A model generated the notes under the pieces. It searched no databases. It had not been told where the DNA came from and was given only the letters and a program-made list of their open reading frames with translations. DNA of 64,000 nucleotides from Callorhinchus milii (taxonomy: Eukaryota). A program made the translations under genes and the position numbers. Position 1 is the stretch's first letter; every line of letters starts with the position of its first letter. Shown here piece by piece: positions 1 through 12,735 of this stretch. The stretch spans positions 96,474,001 to 96,538,000 of the forward strand of contig NW_024704742.1 in assembly GCF_018977255.1 (NCBI RefSeq). The letters are read 5' to 3'.

Positions 1-284
1 GTTCATGTTCAATCACAGATGAATTTAGAGTCGATGTCAACACCGCTTTGTGCTGCACAACAGGAATGCTTTGGGGGGCACAACAGCTCTCCACTCTCAT
101 CGATCCCGATTTAGAGGCCTACATCAGTGGTCTGACAAATAGTAAGCCTGACCAGAGAGACCTGCCTAAAGGCCCACATTCCAGTAGGTTTTCTGGATTA
201 GTCTTAGATTGTAACTGTAAGGTCCCTAAGAAGCTTCATGATAGATTCCAAGCACTGGACACTTTGGTCCAGTTAAATGATAGT

Positions 285-962
285 TTGGTCTAAAGCATGA
301 TCTTGAACTGTATCCTCTGAGTGATGGGAAGCCAGTGGATGGAGTCGGGTGAGGATGGGGATGATTGGGTCATGGAGCTTGGTGAGGGAAAGGACATGGG
401 CTACAGAGTTCTGGATGATCTGCAGCCTATGGAGGGAGGAGTTGGGGAGGCCGTCAAGCAAGGACTTTGCCTAGTCAAGTCTTGATGTTATGAATGCACG
501 TATGAGGGTTTCGGAGGCCTGCGGTGTGAGACAGTGCTGGAGCCGGGCAATGTTGCGGAAGTGGGGGAAGGCAGAGCAGGTCATTGTGCAGATGTGGGGT
601 AGAAAAGATAGTTGAGGGTCAAACAAGATGCCAGTGTTCCAGACTGGCTTAGCAAGGTGGCGTGTGTGTCCTTGGCTGGTGATGCTGTCAGCACCTGAGG
701 TGAGGAGGCGCTGATGGGAGCCAATCAGGAGGGCCTCGGTCTTGCTGATACTCAACTGAAGAAAGTTAGCTCTCATCCAGGACTTGATGTCTGACAGACA
801 TTTTGTCAGGACAGAGGTGGCCCTGGAGTCAAGGGTGGAGACAGAGAGCAAGAGTTGGGTGTCATCTGCATACATGTGGAAGTTGACCCCATGTCTGCGG
901 ATGATGTCACCAAGAGGGAGCATATAGATATTGAAGAGGAGGGAAGCAAGGACAGAGCCCTG
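285..962 (-). mobile_element. L2-type LINE reverse transcriptase fragment (frameshifted)
   Basis: ORFs 471..923 and 273..461 give FHMYADDTQL, WMRANFLQL..KTEALLIG, LIRAFITSRLD and LQIIQNS..LTRLH. Confidence 0.9.
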
Positions 963-1030
963 AAGAACTCACTTAAACAATAATCTTAATTGAAATGGGA
1001 CAGTAGATAAGGAAAGGTCAATTACATTAA

Positions 1031-1556
1031 TTCCAAAACTCTGCAGCTCGTGTGCTCTCATGCACCAGGCTCCGTGACCCCATCACTCCCACCTTCACCC
1101 GACTCCACTGGCTCCCCATGCCCCAGAGGATCGAGTTCAAGATCCTCGTCCTCACCTTTAAGGCCATCCATGGCCTTGTCCCCTCCTACCTCTCTGACCT
1201 GCTGGCTCCCTACCAACCTGCCCGCTCCCTCCGTTCAGCGGGCTCCGGTCTGCTCCATGTCTCCCCCCCGACTCGCCCTACCATCGGTTGCCGGGCTTTC
1301 AGCCTCTCTGCCCTCACACTTTGGAATTCCATCCCACGGTCCCTTCGCCTCGCTTCCTCCCTTGCTTCCTTCAAGGCCGGTCTCAAGACCCTTCTCTTCG
1401 ACCGTGCCTTTGGTCTCCCTCCCACCTCTCTGCCTTCTCTCACCCCTACACCACCCCTCCCCCATGCTCGGGCCCCAACAGCTGACTGATCAGCGCTTTG
1501 GGAAGTCCTCCCGACGTGAAAGCGTTCTATAAATGTAATTTTGTTGTTGTTGTTGT
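1031..1556 (+). mobile_element. L2-type LINE 3' end with (GTT)n tail
   Basis: PITPTFTRLHWLPMPQRIEFKIL...RAFSLSALTLWNSIP...FKAGLKTLLF, then a 3' stem-loop and ttgttgttg. Confidence 0.9.
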
Positions 1557-1809
1557 ATTAATTAACTATCATTTTTGCCATGATCTGATTTTCAAAGGTG
1601 AATGGGACAAAAATAAACATAATGCAGAGATATAAATCTCCCAGAGAAATATGTAGTTACCTATAAAAACAGACACATTGTAACCTTAAATTTCAATAAA
1701 GGAAGCCTAAATGTTAAATTTAATTCAATATCAAAGCAATTTACAGCTTAGAATGCTATTTGGCTCATTGTGCCTATGCAGTTCTTTGAAAGAGCAATCC
1801 ATTCTTTTA

Positions 1810-2069
1810 GGAGTCCTGTAGCTCAGTGGTTAGAGCACTCGCTTTGCAAGTGAGAGATCTGAGTTCAATTCCAGGCAGGGCGAAACCTTGGGCAAGTTTC
1901 CTTACTCCACACGCCTAATAATAATCCCTCCAAAACCAAAAACAATAATAAATTGGTCATTTTCAATCTACGACTGTTTGTAGGACATTGTGTTCTGTGA
2001 TGCGCTTTGGGACGTCCTCCCGACATGAAAAGCGCTATATCAAATGCAAGGATTATTATTATTATTATT
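1810..2069 (+). mobile_element. tRNA-Ala-derived SINE, subfamily A, internally deleted
   Basis: A box TAGCTCAGTGG, B box GTTCAATTCC, TGC anticodon loop, L2-like tail and (ATT)n. Confidence 0.88.
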
Positions 2070-5000
2070 CTTTTCCCGATACCCATTAGCCCAAACATGG
2101 GGCTTTTACCCACGACTTTCTGATCCAAATGCAACCAAATAAGCAAAGCTACACCTCAACATATTGACATTAGTTTCGTGCATTCATTAATGGGTCTATA
2201 TATACATACTTGTACATATGTGCCATTGTCTATGGACAAAATGTTATTCTTTCATTGCGATTTGTTTAAAGTAAATACAACCACCAGCACATACAATTGT
2301 TTTGTCTTTTAACCTGTTCAAAGACTCATGGGATACCTCATCCACTACAGAAAATTCTAAGTACTAACTATTATAAAATTGTGAGTGACTCTCATATTAT
2401 AAGCGACTTCACAATTTGGAATTAAATTGCTGTATAATTGGAATATTGATGCTAGTAATAAAATATTATGATCCCAGAACAGAAATTACACATACATAAC
2501 TATGCAAAGTTTAATTGTAGCAAAGTGATGTTTCGTTTCTTGTGATGAGCTGAGCCCAAATTAATTAACCAGAAATTTACTGCAGGATTTTTACTTTCAT
2601 CTTAATTCAATGGAGCTAATATTACAGTCTAAACAATGAAACCGCTTATTGCTAACCTTGAAAACAATAGAGGCCACATTTTCAGTAATACAGTCAGACA
2701 CTAGTTGTGTGCACTAGCCTGTATTTGTACCTATTTTGTAGATAATTACCAATTGCTCCCAATGACAGGGCGCACATTATGGTCTGTTACCAGGGAACTG
2801 CTGTGACAGGGCCTGTTCAGAACTTACCCATTAATTACCACCACAATTTGATCCACGTGCGAATTTCTCTTTAACAAATTAGTTGGGAAATGGGAAGTGG
2901 ATTGTGGGGGATGTGTTAACTGTCCTGAATCGTGTCACAGTATCATATACCAACAGTCCATAAACTAGGATGGTATTCTTCAGTATTGATGAGCTTGAGA
3001 TTAGTTAGCACAGGGTAAAATGAATCTCACATGTTTTACTATGATTATTAGGGTATCCAGCCAGTGTTACTAATGCTCTGCATTACTAATGCTATTTTCT
3101 GAGTAAGGAAATAATAGTTTAAAAGCAAAATGTATTTTCCGAGTAGTAAAATGCTGTAATGGTAAAAAGAAATATGCGCAACTCCCGCTCTCGAATCCCC
3201 TAATCAATTTATTTGCTCAGTCACTCCGAGCCACTGCTCCATGTGAAGGGCACAATATAAATGCGAGTTGCTGTTGCCAAATAGCAAACCAATGCTGTAT
3301 TGAATTTGATACAACATACTTGTACCGTCTCCCTGATTTGTCCATTCCACATTCTTGGTTATGTAATTAAATCTGAACTGTCCATTGTTGTTTTTGTTTC
3401 ATAACTGGAGTGTGTGTTCTCTTGTTGTACTTTCTTTTGGCTCTGAGGTCTAACTTGTGATGTTTCTCAACAAATTTCTTAATTTAAAAAAAAGTAATAA
3501 TTGTCAATTTTTCAAAATATCAAATGCTCAGAAGAGTGTCTTCTTTTGAAGGTTTATGAAGTTGATGTTACAATTTTTAAAAGAAATGCTGTGAGTTAGA
3601 CCCTCTTTTCCCATAGTAAGTATTATTAAGGTTCAGTTTATGCCTTTTACGAACTTAAAACATTTGAACTCATCTGCATTTGAAACTAATTTCATTCATG
3701 TATCTTACAGGGAGCTACTATAGGAGATGCTCATCCTATCAGTCTGGATTTCATTCAAACCCAAACCCGGAGGTAAAATGACTTTTTTAGTCCAATGTGT
3801 TACCCATTACATAAACTCATATATTTTCATTATCAGAAACCATGTGTTGTTGAACATGCTCACAATATTTACCACCCTCATGTTTGCCAATTACTCAGGA
3901 TTCTGTACAACTATTCCATTATGTCACCGTTAACTGTTGTGCCATCTCTTGAGTCAATATGAAATTTGCAATGTATGACTGACTGGTGGTTGGCAATGAC
4001 ATTTTAGTTCATAACCTTCCTGAATCCCATTATACCTCCTGAGTAATAAATAGTTAAGTCTAAACACAGTGTCATTCAAAGGACCTATGAAGTACTAAAA
4101 ATGAACTTCATATCTCTTGACATGCAGAGGCAATATTACAGCACACTTCTCAGAAGGCCTGCAAGCTTTTTGTTACATGTTGAGCACTCCATAGCCTTGC
4201 TACATGGCAAACATGTCAAGCAAATTTACCTGAGTAGTATCGTATCTGTTTCTGTGTGCTGATTCTGCAGCAAGAGCTGAAAGTGAGATAGCCCAAAGCT
4301 CATTCAAGGATTTATAATAATAGTGCTTGCATTTGATATTTATTTATCATTTATCAATCTCCGAGACATTGCAAAGCGCCTCATAGAATATACTTTACTA
4401 TAGTGAATCAATTGTATATTTTTGTGGGCAAAATACATTTTTTGGTGCCTCTACGTCTGTTCAGACTTTTGTGAAGATTTGTACATTTTCAGCAAAACCT
4501 GCCTGTGTGAGTTACTCAAAACATACGTGTCGACCTTATAAAATACATGTTTCTGCGGTGGGGAGACCCATAGTCATTCCAGGCATGAATTCCTCTTCGA
4601 CCATCGTGAGCTGCACATCAGATGATGTGTCTCAGTTAGTTTCTGCTGCTGCTGTGATGTAGGTGTACTGCTCAACATCTGTTGACAAAACCTTGTAAGG
4701 TTGAGGTTAGATTTGGTGGAAAGTGCAAAATGGTCTCCAAAGCACAGAACATAATTATTCAGCACATAAATACTGATCTGACGTACACAAGCCAGTGTTA
4801 CTTTGCTTCAGATAAGAAACCAGGCTTAAAAAAATCTAAACGGCGGTCTAATTTTTTTTAAAAAAGCAAGATTCGTTAATAGGACAGCCAGGCCACACAC
4901 ATGGGGATTCCTTGCAATGTCACATCAACCCATGGGAACTCAAATCCAAACTACTTACAGATTCCCTCAGGTTGAAGGGCATTTCTATTAAGAAATGTCA

Positions 5001-5539
5001 CAAATTAGATGCTGTCTGTGTCCACAGCTGCCATTCTCAAAAGGCACAGAGCCCAATGTGTCAAATTAACAACCACAGACTTTGCAGCAGGCTCTGAAGA
5101 TGCCTTGGCTGGAGTTCTGAGGCTTACTTCTGAATCCCTAACGTAGAAAGATTTTACATATATTCAGTTCAAGTCACTTCATGCATTAGTGGGTTTACCC
5201 AATATGTAACTGAGCCATACAGATGGAAAGGTCTCATGTTGAATCACTGGTCTCCGTGGAGTTGAATTATAGCCTGAACGGCAGTGGAGGTACCAATGAC
5301 TACAAAGACCAGATATTTGTCCAGGGTTCCTGTTCCAGATCAAGATTGCTATTTACAGTTTCCTGCTGGAGATACATACATTTGAATGTTGGATGCGAAC
5401 AGAATCTGAAGCAACTTTTGAATAAATGTCAAAACTCAGTCAGGCCTCACAAATAATGAATAGCAGCTAAATGGGCAAGGCAGAAAGAAAAGTATTTGAA
5501 TGCATTCATGAAAAGAGAGTGTAAATATAAATATATGTG

Positions 5540-5880
5540 TGTGTTGGAATTTGGTTCACAATTAGGACAATATCAGGGTTTTCCTCAAACCAGAACACAG
5601 CCAACATAGAAAGGGTTGGTATTGTCTGACCAATCTCAGACTTTTTGAGGACAGCCCAATTTGACCGTGGGAAGCCATGTGATGCAGTATATCTAGACAT
5701 CCAAAAGGTATGTAACAAATTACCACATGAAGGACTCCTTCACAAAGTGTAGTCACTGACTTTCAAGGGGAGACATGGACATTGATTCAGAATTGGCAGA
5801 ATTGACATTTCAAAGGGGACCTCAAAGAGGTGAATAAAATTTTAAATGAGATTGAAAAATTAAACCCAGATTAATACGTT
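5540..5880 (+). mobile_element. Degenerate CR1-like LINE fragments
   Basis: gatgcagtatatctagacatccaaaag resembles the CR1 RT DAVYLDFQK motif; nearby pieces are also CR1-like. Confidence 0.5.
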
Positions 5881-5886
5881 AGGATG

Positions 5887-6390
5887 CAATAACAACAGCA
5901 ACTTGCACTTATATAGCGCTCTCCACGCCGGGCAGTGTCTCACAGCGCTTAACAATGGTGGAGCCCAAGGCTGAGCCAGGGGGAGGGGAAAGGTGACCAT
6001 AGGTGCGGTGGAAAAGGAAGGTCTTCAGGTGCGGCCTGAAGATGGGGAAGGAGGGGGTGAGGCAAAGGGATTGAGGGAGGGAGTTACAAAGTTTTGGGGC
6101 ATAGTGGCTGAAGGCACAGCCACCGATGGTGGAGCGGAAGATTTGGGGGATGCGGAGAGGCCGGACACAGTAGAGTGGAGACAGTGAGTACTGCTATGGG
6201 GAGAGGAGGTTAGAGAGATAGGGGAATGCCAAGGAATGGAGAGATTTAAACTCTAGAGTGAGGATCTTGAAGTCGATCCACAGGGAGCCAGTGGAGTTTG
6301 GCAAGGACTGGAATAATCAGGGTACGGAGTTTGGTGCGGTTGAGTATGAGGGCGGCGGAGTTTTGAATGAGCTGAATTTTGTGAATAGTG
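5887..6390 (-). mobile_element. L2-type LINE 3' end (second tail family)
   Basis: Reverse complement of the L2 C-terminus and tail; similar to 31164-31600 and 40610-40775. Confidence 0.85.
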
Positions 6391-6683
6391 TTGTTGTTGC
6401 TGTTGCTCCATCCAATAGGAAATTGTGGTCCTTAACTGGTTAAGATATTGCTGAGAGCCTGAAAATCTTGCCATTGGAAGACTTAGGAAAGGAGTGTTGA
6501 GAAGGGATTAACAGGTTATGGAAGACATGCCTTATGAAATTCTTAGAACCCTTTATAGACTCTGAGCAGGAAATAGCACATCATTACATCACATTATTTA
6601 CGTTGAAGTAATTTCTTGACAGAAAAACATATTTGGAGCCTGGGATACATATGATTTTTATTTGATATTACAGAATTAATCTT

Positions 6684-7515
6684 AACAACAACAAAATTAC
6701 ATTTGTATAGGCCTTTCACGTTGGGAGATGTCCCAAGGTGCTCCTTATTTAAGGAAGGATGTACCTGCTTGGAGGGGGTGCAGCGTAGATTTACTAGGTT
6801 AGTACCAGGGGTGAAGGGGATGAGTTACGAGGATAGGCTGACCAATTTGGGCCTATATTCTCTAGAATACAGAAGAATTAGAGGGGAACTTATAGAAACC
6901 TATAAGATCATCAAAGGGCATGATAGAGTAGATAGTGGGAGATTGCTTCCCCTGGTTGGAGAAACTAAAACCAGGGGTCACAACCTTAAAATCAGAGGCC
7001 AGCCCTTTCGCACTGAGTTGAGGAAGAACTTCTTCACTCAAAGGGTGGTGAATGTATGGAATTCACTACCTCAAAGGTCTGTTGACACTCAGTCCTTGAA
7101 CATATTCAAGACTGAGATAGATAGATTTCTTATTGCAAAAGGGATTAAGGGATATGGGGATAAGGCAGGATTAGGTTATTAGTTGGAGTTAGATTAGAAG
7201 ATCAGCCATGATTGAATGGCGGGGCAGGCTCGAAGGGCCGAATGGACTACTCCTACTCCTACATGTTATGTTATATTATGGACCATCAGTGTTTCACACC
7301 CAAGCTGGGGGTCAAGAATGGGGAGGGTGGAGGGGGGAGCAGGATGATCAAAAGCACGGCTGAAGAGGATGGTCTTGAGATGGAGCTTGAAGGAGGCAAG
7401 GGAGGGGGCGAGGCGGAGGACTGCGGATGGAGTTCCAGAGGGTGGGGTCAGAGTGGCAGAAGGCCCACCCGCCAATGGTGGGGCGGCAAGGCGGGGGAAG
7501 TGAAGCAGGCCGGAG
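6684..7515 (-). mobile_element. L2-type LINE 3' end split by a CR1 insertion (L2 pieces 6684-6742 and 7280-7515)
   Basis: ...ccaaggtgct and ggac... on either side of the CR1 rejoin as in the uninterrupted copy near 60210. Confidence 0.85.
6743..7279 (+). mobile_element. CR1-type LINE 3' end, 5'-truncated, relatively young
   Basis: Open frame LEGVQRRFTRLVPG...LGLYSLE...FFTQRVVNVWNSLP...FKTEIDRFL, followed by a CR1-type 3' UTR and atgtt-repeat tail. Confidence 0.92.
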
Positions 7516-7519
7516 CCCT

Positions 7520-8118
7520 CATCCAGGCCTTAATGTCTGACAGACATTCTGTCAGGACAGCAATGGTCCTGGTATCAAGGGTGGAGGCAGAGAGATGGAG
7601 TTGGGTGTCATCCGCTTACATGTGGATGTTGACCCCATGTCTGCAGATGATGTCACCAAGAGGGAACATATAGATATTGAAGAGGAGGGGACCAAGGACA
7701 GAGCCCTGAGGAACGCCGCACGAGATGGTGCGGGAGCTGGAGGAGAAACCATTAGTGGTGATGAAGTGGAGAATTAGAGTACAATCTAAACCATTCAAGG
7801 AAAGGTTAGGTGAGAAGAGAGGCGGTGGACGAGGATAGAATGTCGAAAGCAGCAGGGAGGTCAAGGAGGACGAGGTGGCAGAGGGAGCCCTGGTCTCAGA
7901 TGGACCGAATGTCATTTGTCACTTTCACCAACCAAGGCTGTTTTCTGTGCTGTGGGCAGCATGGAAACCCAATTGGAGGGGTTTGTGAAGGGAGTGGTGG
8001 GAGAGGAAGGAGCAAAGCTGGGAAGCAACGACTCGTTCCAGGACCTTGGAGAGGAAAGGGAGGTTGGAGATGGGGTGGTAGTTTGAGAGCAGGGATGAGT
8101 CCATGGAGGGTTTTTTAA
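7520..8118 (-). mobile_element. L2-type LINE RT fragments
   Basis: [17 protein letters not shown] in ORF 7616..7915; similar to 770-960. Confidence 0.88.
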
Positions 8119-9702
8119 GGAAATCTTAAATGGGATTCACTGTGTCAATGGTCTCAAGGTATTTTTCTTCCTGAGATGTTTCTTTATGATTTGAGACTTC
8201 AAACATTTAATTTTCTCCAACTTAGCTACAGTAACGCAATAACTAGTTGGTGTAAATTGAATGCCTATGCAACTAAAGTGAGAGCAAAAAAGGTTTACTT
8301 TGGATTATGAAGACAGCTATCTTGGAAAGAGTTATTCCGGTCCATTGTTTGGTTACATTATCTTTCTGAATATATATATTTCAATTAAAAGCTTGCCACA
8401 TACAGCAGCAAAGTATTAGCTGGATGTCGGGTTACTTGAGCAGTTCTGAGAGGAACAAAAACCTAAACAAATAAGACATGCAGCAGATTAAGCCTAATGG
8501 AGCAAGCACTCCAGCAGAGTAATTAGTCCGTGGTTTACATATTAAAATGAGGCAAACAATGTTAATTGATGCATCATACTGGTAATGGGAAAGAAAGGTG
8601 TAATTTAGATTTACAGACTAATTTTGGAGATGAGGGAAGAAGAGGAAGATTAAATCCTTTCCATATGAAGGCAAGTCTTAATAGTTTCTGGCATCTTAAT
8701 AGGTTCATACACCATCAGTTCATTCACTAACATCAAGCACTAACATGTTGACATTACCTAAAAGTACAATATTGATCAGAGATGTTGGATAACTACCCAG
8801 CACAGAACTACTCCTCCGACTCGCATATTTTGGTTGGTCTATCCATAGTTTCCTATATGGAATTCAGATAATTGAAACAGTGAACAATGAATGTGTATAG
8901 GAATCTACAGGATCACAAAATACTAATAAGGTCCATCTGGCTGGTCCCAAAGTAAAAACTAATAAAATTCTACACCGACAACAATAAATTACATTTGTAC
9001 AGCGCCTTTCACATCAGGACTTCTCTTTCATAGTCCCAAATTGAATTATTTGCCAGGTATCTAATTGCCCTTTTTGATTTGTTAATACTATTTGCCTCCA
9101 CTGCCTCCTTGAGTATGTTCACCACTCTGTGTAAAGTAATTAAATCTGAACTAGTTTATCTTCCTGCTTCTGAGGAGAAGTCTGTGCACCAGCAGAATTT
9201 TACACCCCTGCCTTCAGAAATCAAGCTGTATACTAGTATTGCAACTTGTATTGTAAATTAGCCAACATTCCCATCTCCTTCTCTCCTAAGGGCAAGCTCC
9301 GAATCAGATTTCCCATTGTCTGGGCATAGAGGAAATCCAACTCAACAATGAAAAGTTTGCAGAGTCAGATTGAGGGGACCTGACAAAGTGTTACACCTGC
9401 ATGGTCATACTGACATGATTGTGCAAGTGTCACGATGAAGTAAAAACAATCATTTTTTGTGTGGTCTTCATGGTGAAATAGCGGTAGTGAAATCATAAAA
9501 ACCACTCAGAGCAAATTTACAAGGCTGACATGTCCAATCCTCCATGTCCTATTGATGAGCCAAGTCGTGTCTAAGATATGTAAACCTGCCTGATTCAGAT
9601 CCTGGAATAACAAGTGCAAGCCTAAAAAGAGCGTCTCCGCTCTGCTCCCGATTCATTACATTTGTAACCATTTAGCTTGATATCAGAGAGACTCTTCCTC
9701 AA

Positions 9703-9988
9703 GTAATAATAATCCTTGCATTTGATATAACACCTCATCACGTCTTCAAGAAGTCTCAAAGCCAAATGTGCACACAAACAATCGTGGATTGAGTAAACAT
9801 ACTATTATATTTTTTGAAAGGATTATTATCCCCAGAAAAGCAATCTGCCTAACAACTGGATTCCTACTTACTACTAGGTGAAGCGAGGCATGTGGGGTAA
9901 GGAAACTTGCCCAACGTTTCGCCCTGCTCGGGAATCGAACCTGGGACCGATAGAATGAGTGCTCTAAACACTAAGCTATGGACTCCAC
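9703..9988 (-). mobile_element. tRNA-derived SINE, subfamily B, with deletions
   Basis: Tail aataatccttgcatttgatat..., CORE-like middle, head ending ggactcc. Confidence 0.82.
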
Positions 9989-11223
9989 GACTGCAAGTTA
10001 ATGATTGAAGTAGCAGAGGAAGAATTCTAGCTAAGATTAACAACCAGAGATCTGCCATTTCTCTTGGTCTTAGTCATAAAATTTTAATCCATGAGAATTT
10101 TGGAAAAAATTCTTAAATTAGTTGGAAGGCATTTTTCCTCATTTCTTTTTGGCTTTTTTGCCAAACTATGAATATTCCAAAATTCTAAATTTCCAAAAAT
10201 TGGTTTTGGAAACGATGCAAAAATATACATTTTATATTTTGCACACGTACAAAAACAGCATGAAGAGGAGTCATTGTGCCCTAATAATATTTACTAATCT
10301 TTTGGGCTAAATCGTTGGAGACATCCATTATGTTTGATGTTTACAAAGCAAAGTCAAAACCACAGTGACTAATCAGCTTCTCAGTTTAATTGTTATTACT
10401 CGCAACATGACACACAGTGCTGCTGGATCTCTGTAGGCCCCAGTAGGAAGAAACTTACTTAACCACTTGTTCCAGCTTATCAACAATGTCAGAATGCATC
10501 TAGATAGAAGGGCTAATAATCTGGTAGAAAACAGATCGTCATTCGTGCACTCCTAGTTATGTACACTTCATGCTTTATTGTATGCATGTAATCTCAATAT
10601 AAACAGTATTCATTTATAATTTTATGCTTTGTTTAACAATTGAGAAACATTCCCAGTTGGCTGGCACCAATTTAGTTTAGAGATAAGTTATTTTCATAAC
10701 CTTTGCACCATAGGAACATGGGGAAACAGGAGGAGGCCATTCAGCCCATCGAGCCTGTTCCACAAAGAATTGCTTGCTTTGGTCAGTAATTGAACCAGGG
10801 TCCCTTGCGTGGTGGGTATGAATTCTACCACTGAACGCTTTAATAAAGTTGAAATATTTCTACGTTTAGTTCTTTCCATCATCACTGCACGTTGCTTTAA
10901 ACTTTAGGCTTTTGGGTTATATAAAGTGAAAAGCCACTTATGAGACCAGAAGAGTTTTAAAGAAGTAATCTGGAGAAGAATAGGCTGGTTAAAAATTGAA
11001 ATTTTTTCATAATGGATTAACATGTAGATGAAGAAAAAGGATTAGATCCTTGAGGGCAGCACAAGTGACTGTGTGGGGGCAAGAAACCATTAAAAGAGAC
11101 AAAGTGAAGACACTGGAACAGGCTAGAGTGAACCATAAGAATGTCACAGATGTGGACCACGGAGGAAATGTAATGGAGAAGGATGAAGCGATTGCCTTTC
11201 TGCATTGTATTAACCTATAGTTT

Positions 11224-11593
11224 ATGTGGAGTCCTGCAGCTCAATGGTTAGCGCACTCGCCCTGCAAGTGAGAGACCTGGGTTCAATTTCCAGCAGGGCG
11301 AAAAGTTAGGCAAGTTTCCGTACTTCACATGCTTCTGTTTACCTAGCAATAAGTAGGAACCCAGTTGTTAGTTGATTGGCAGATTGCTTTTTCAGGGGTA
11401 ATAATTACTTTTTTTTTAAAAATTGGTCACTCAATCCAAGACTATTTGTGGGACAATTGCGCTGTGCGCAATTGGCTGCCGCGGTTCACCCACAAAATAT
11501 AGTCAATTCACTTTACAGTATGTTCTGTGAAGCGCTTTGAGACATCTCGAAGACGTGATAAGGCGCTATATTGAATGCAAGGATTATTATTAT
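11224..11593 (+). mobile_element. tRNA-derived SINE, subfamily B, full length
   Basis: tRNA head, CORE-like segment, L2-like tail, (ATT)n. Confidence 0.88.
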
Positions 11594-11904
11594 GTCCCCT
11601 TGTTATAGATCTTATTGAAGTTCACCTTATCTATGCCTTTTGAGATCTTTAATATGAGCTTTTCAGTGTGAAGAGATTCAGCCTAAGAAAGTAATGACAT
11701 CGATTTTTGACCAGCGGCATAGGAGGGGAAGAGAAATTTTCTGCAGCCAGTAATTCTTGCATTGGTGTGTTAATGTCAGCTAGGTTATATTTTTTATTTG
11801 GGAAGTAATCACATTAGCTTGCAGTTTCTGACACAGCAGAAGAGCCATTTATTAGAGCTTGCACTCCTGATCCTTAAGTTAAAATGTTGTTCAGAAAACA
11901 TTTT

Positions 11905-12735
11905 AATCATATAAAAGTGTTAAATTTCAGGAAACAGAATAGGGAGTGAAAGTGTAGCTGGAGGGAAAAAATACTCAATGGAACGGAGAACCAGAGGGAT
12001 CTGGGATTACAAATGCATAAATTGTTAAAAGTAGAAAGCAATGCCGCAAAGGGCTCTGAGACTGATAAATCAGAGTGTTGAATATTAAAGTAAGGCAAGT
12101 AAAGTAAGGTAAAGTAAGACGTTGGAATAGTGTGTTTAGTTTTGGGCTCCCCATTACAAAAAGTGTGTCAGAGATGGAGAGGTAGGTGCACAAATTGCCT
12201 AGGATGAGAGCAGGTATGAGAAAATATGCATTTGAAGAGAGGTTGGCTAAATTGGAGTAAAGGCATTTCAGAGGCAATATGTTGAAGGTGTTTAAAATGC
12301 CAAGTTGGTGGTGGAGGTGGGGGGGGTAACCTTTAGCTGGGGAAAACAGTGACAAGGGAACAGTCTCAGTGTTGTCAGAAAGATTAAGGAAATCGTGCAG
12401 AAACAATTTCCTCACCCAGAGGGCATTAGGGTTTAAAATTCATTGCTGCCAGTGGCTATTGAGATATTTCAATAGAATAGTTCAAAATGGAAGTAAATAA
12501 CATCACGAACAGTAAAACATTAGGTATATGGGGAGAACTCTGGAAAGGATGAATATAAAAGGGTGATTTAGAAAAACAGATGACAATGGCACAGACACAA
12601 TAAGCCAAATAGGCCCCTTCTCAGCAGAACATTTCTATTATTGGGAATTGGGATAGCACCATTGAAGAAGCTAGCATGAGAATAGGCATGGTGGGCTGAA
12701 TGCATCCTCTTTCTTTGATACAATTTATGATTCTA
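11905..12735 (+). mobile_element. Degenerate CR1-type LINE 3' portion
   Basis: Decayed equivalents of the RDLG, FWAP and FLTQR motifs, plus CR1-like 3' UTR pieces. Confidence 0.7.

Noticed and set aside
1050..1532. 160-aa Ser/Pro-rich ORF and overlapping ORFs
   Set aside because: Alternative frames and antisense of an L2 fragment.
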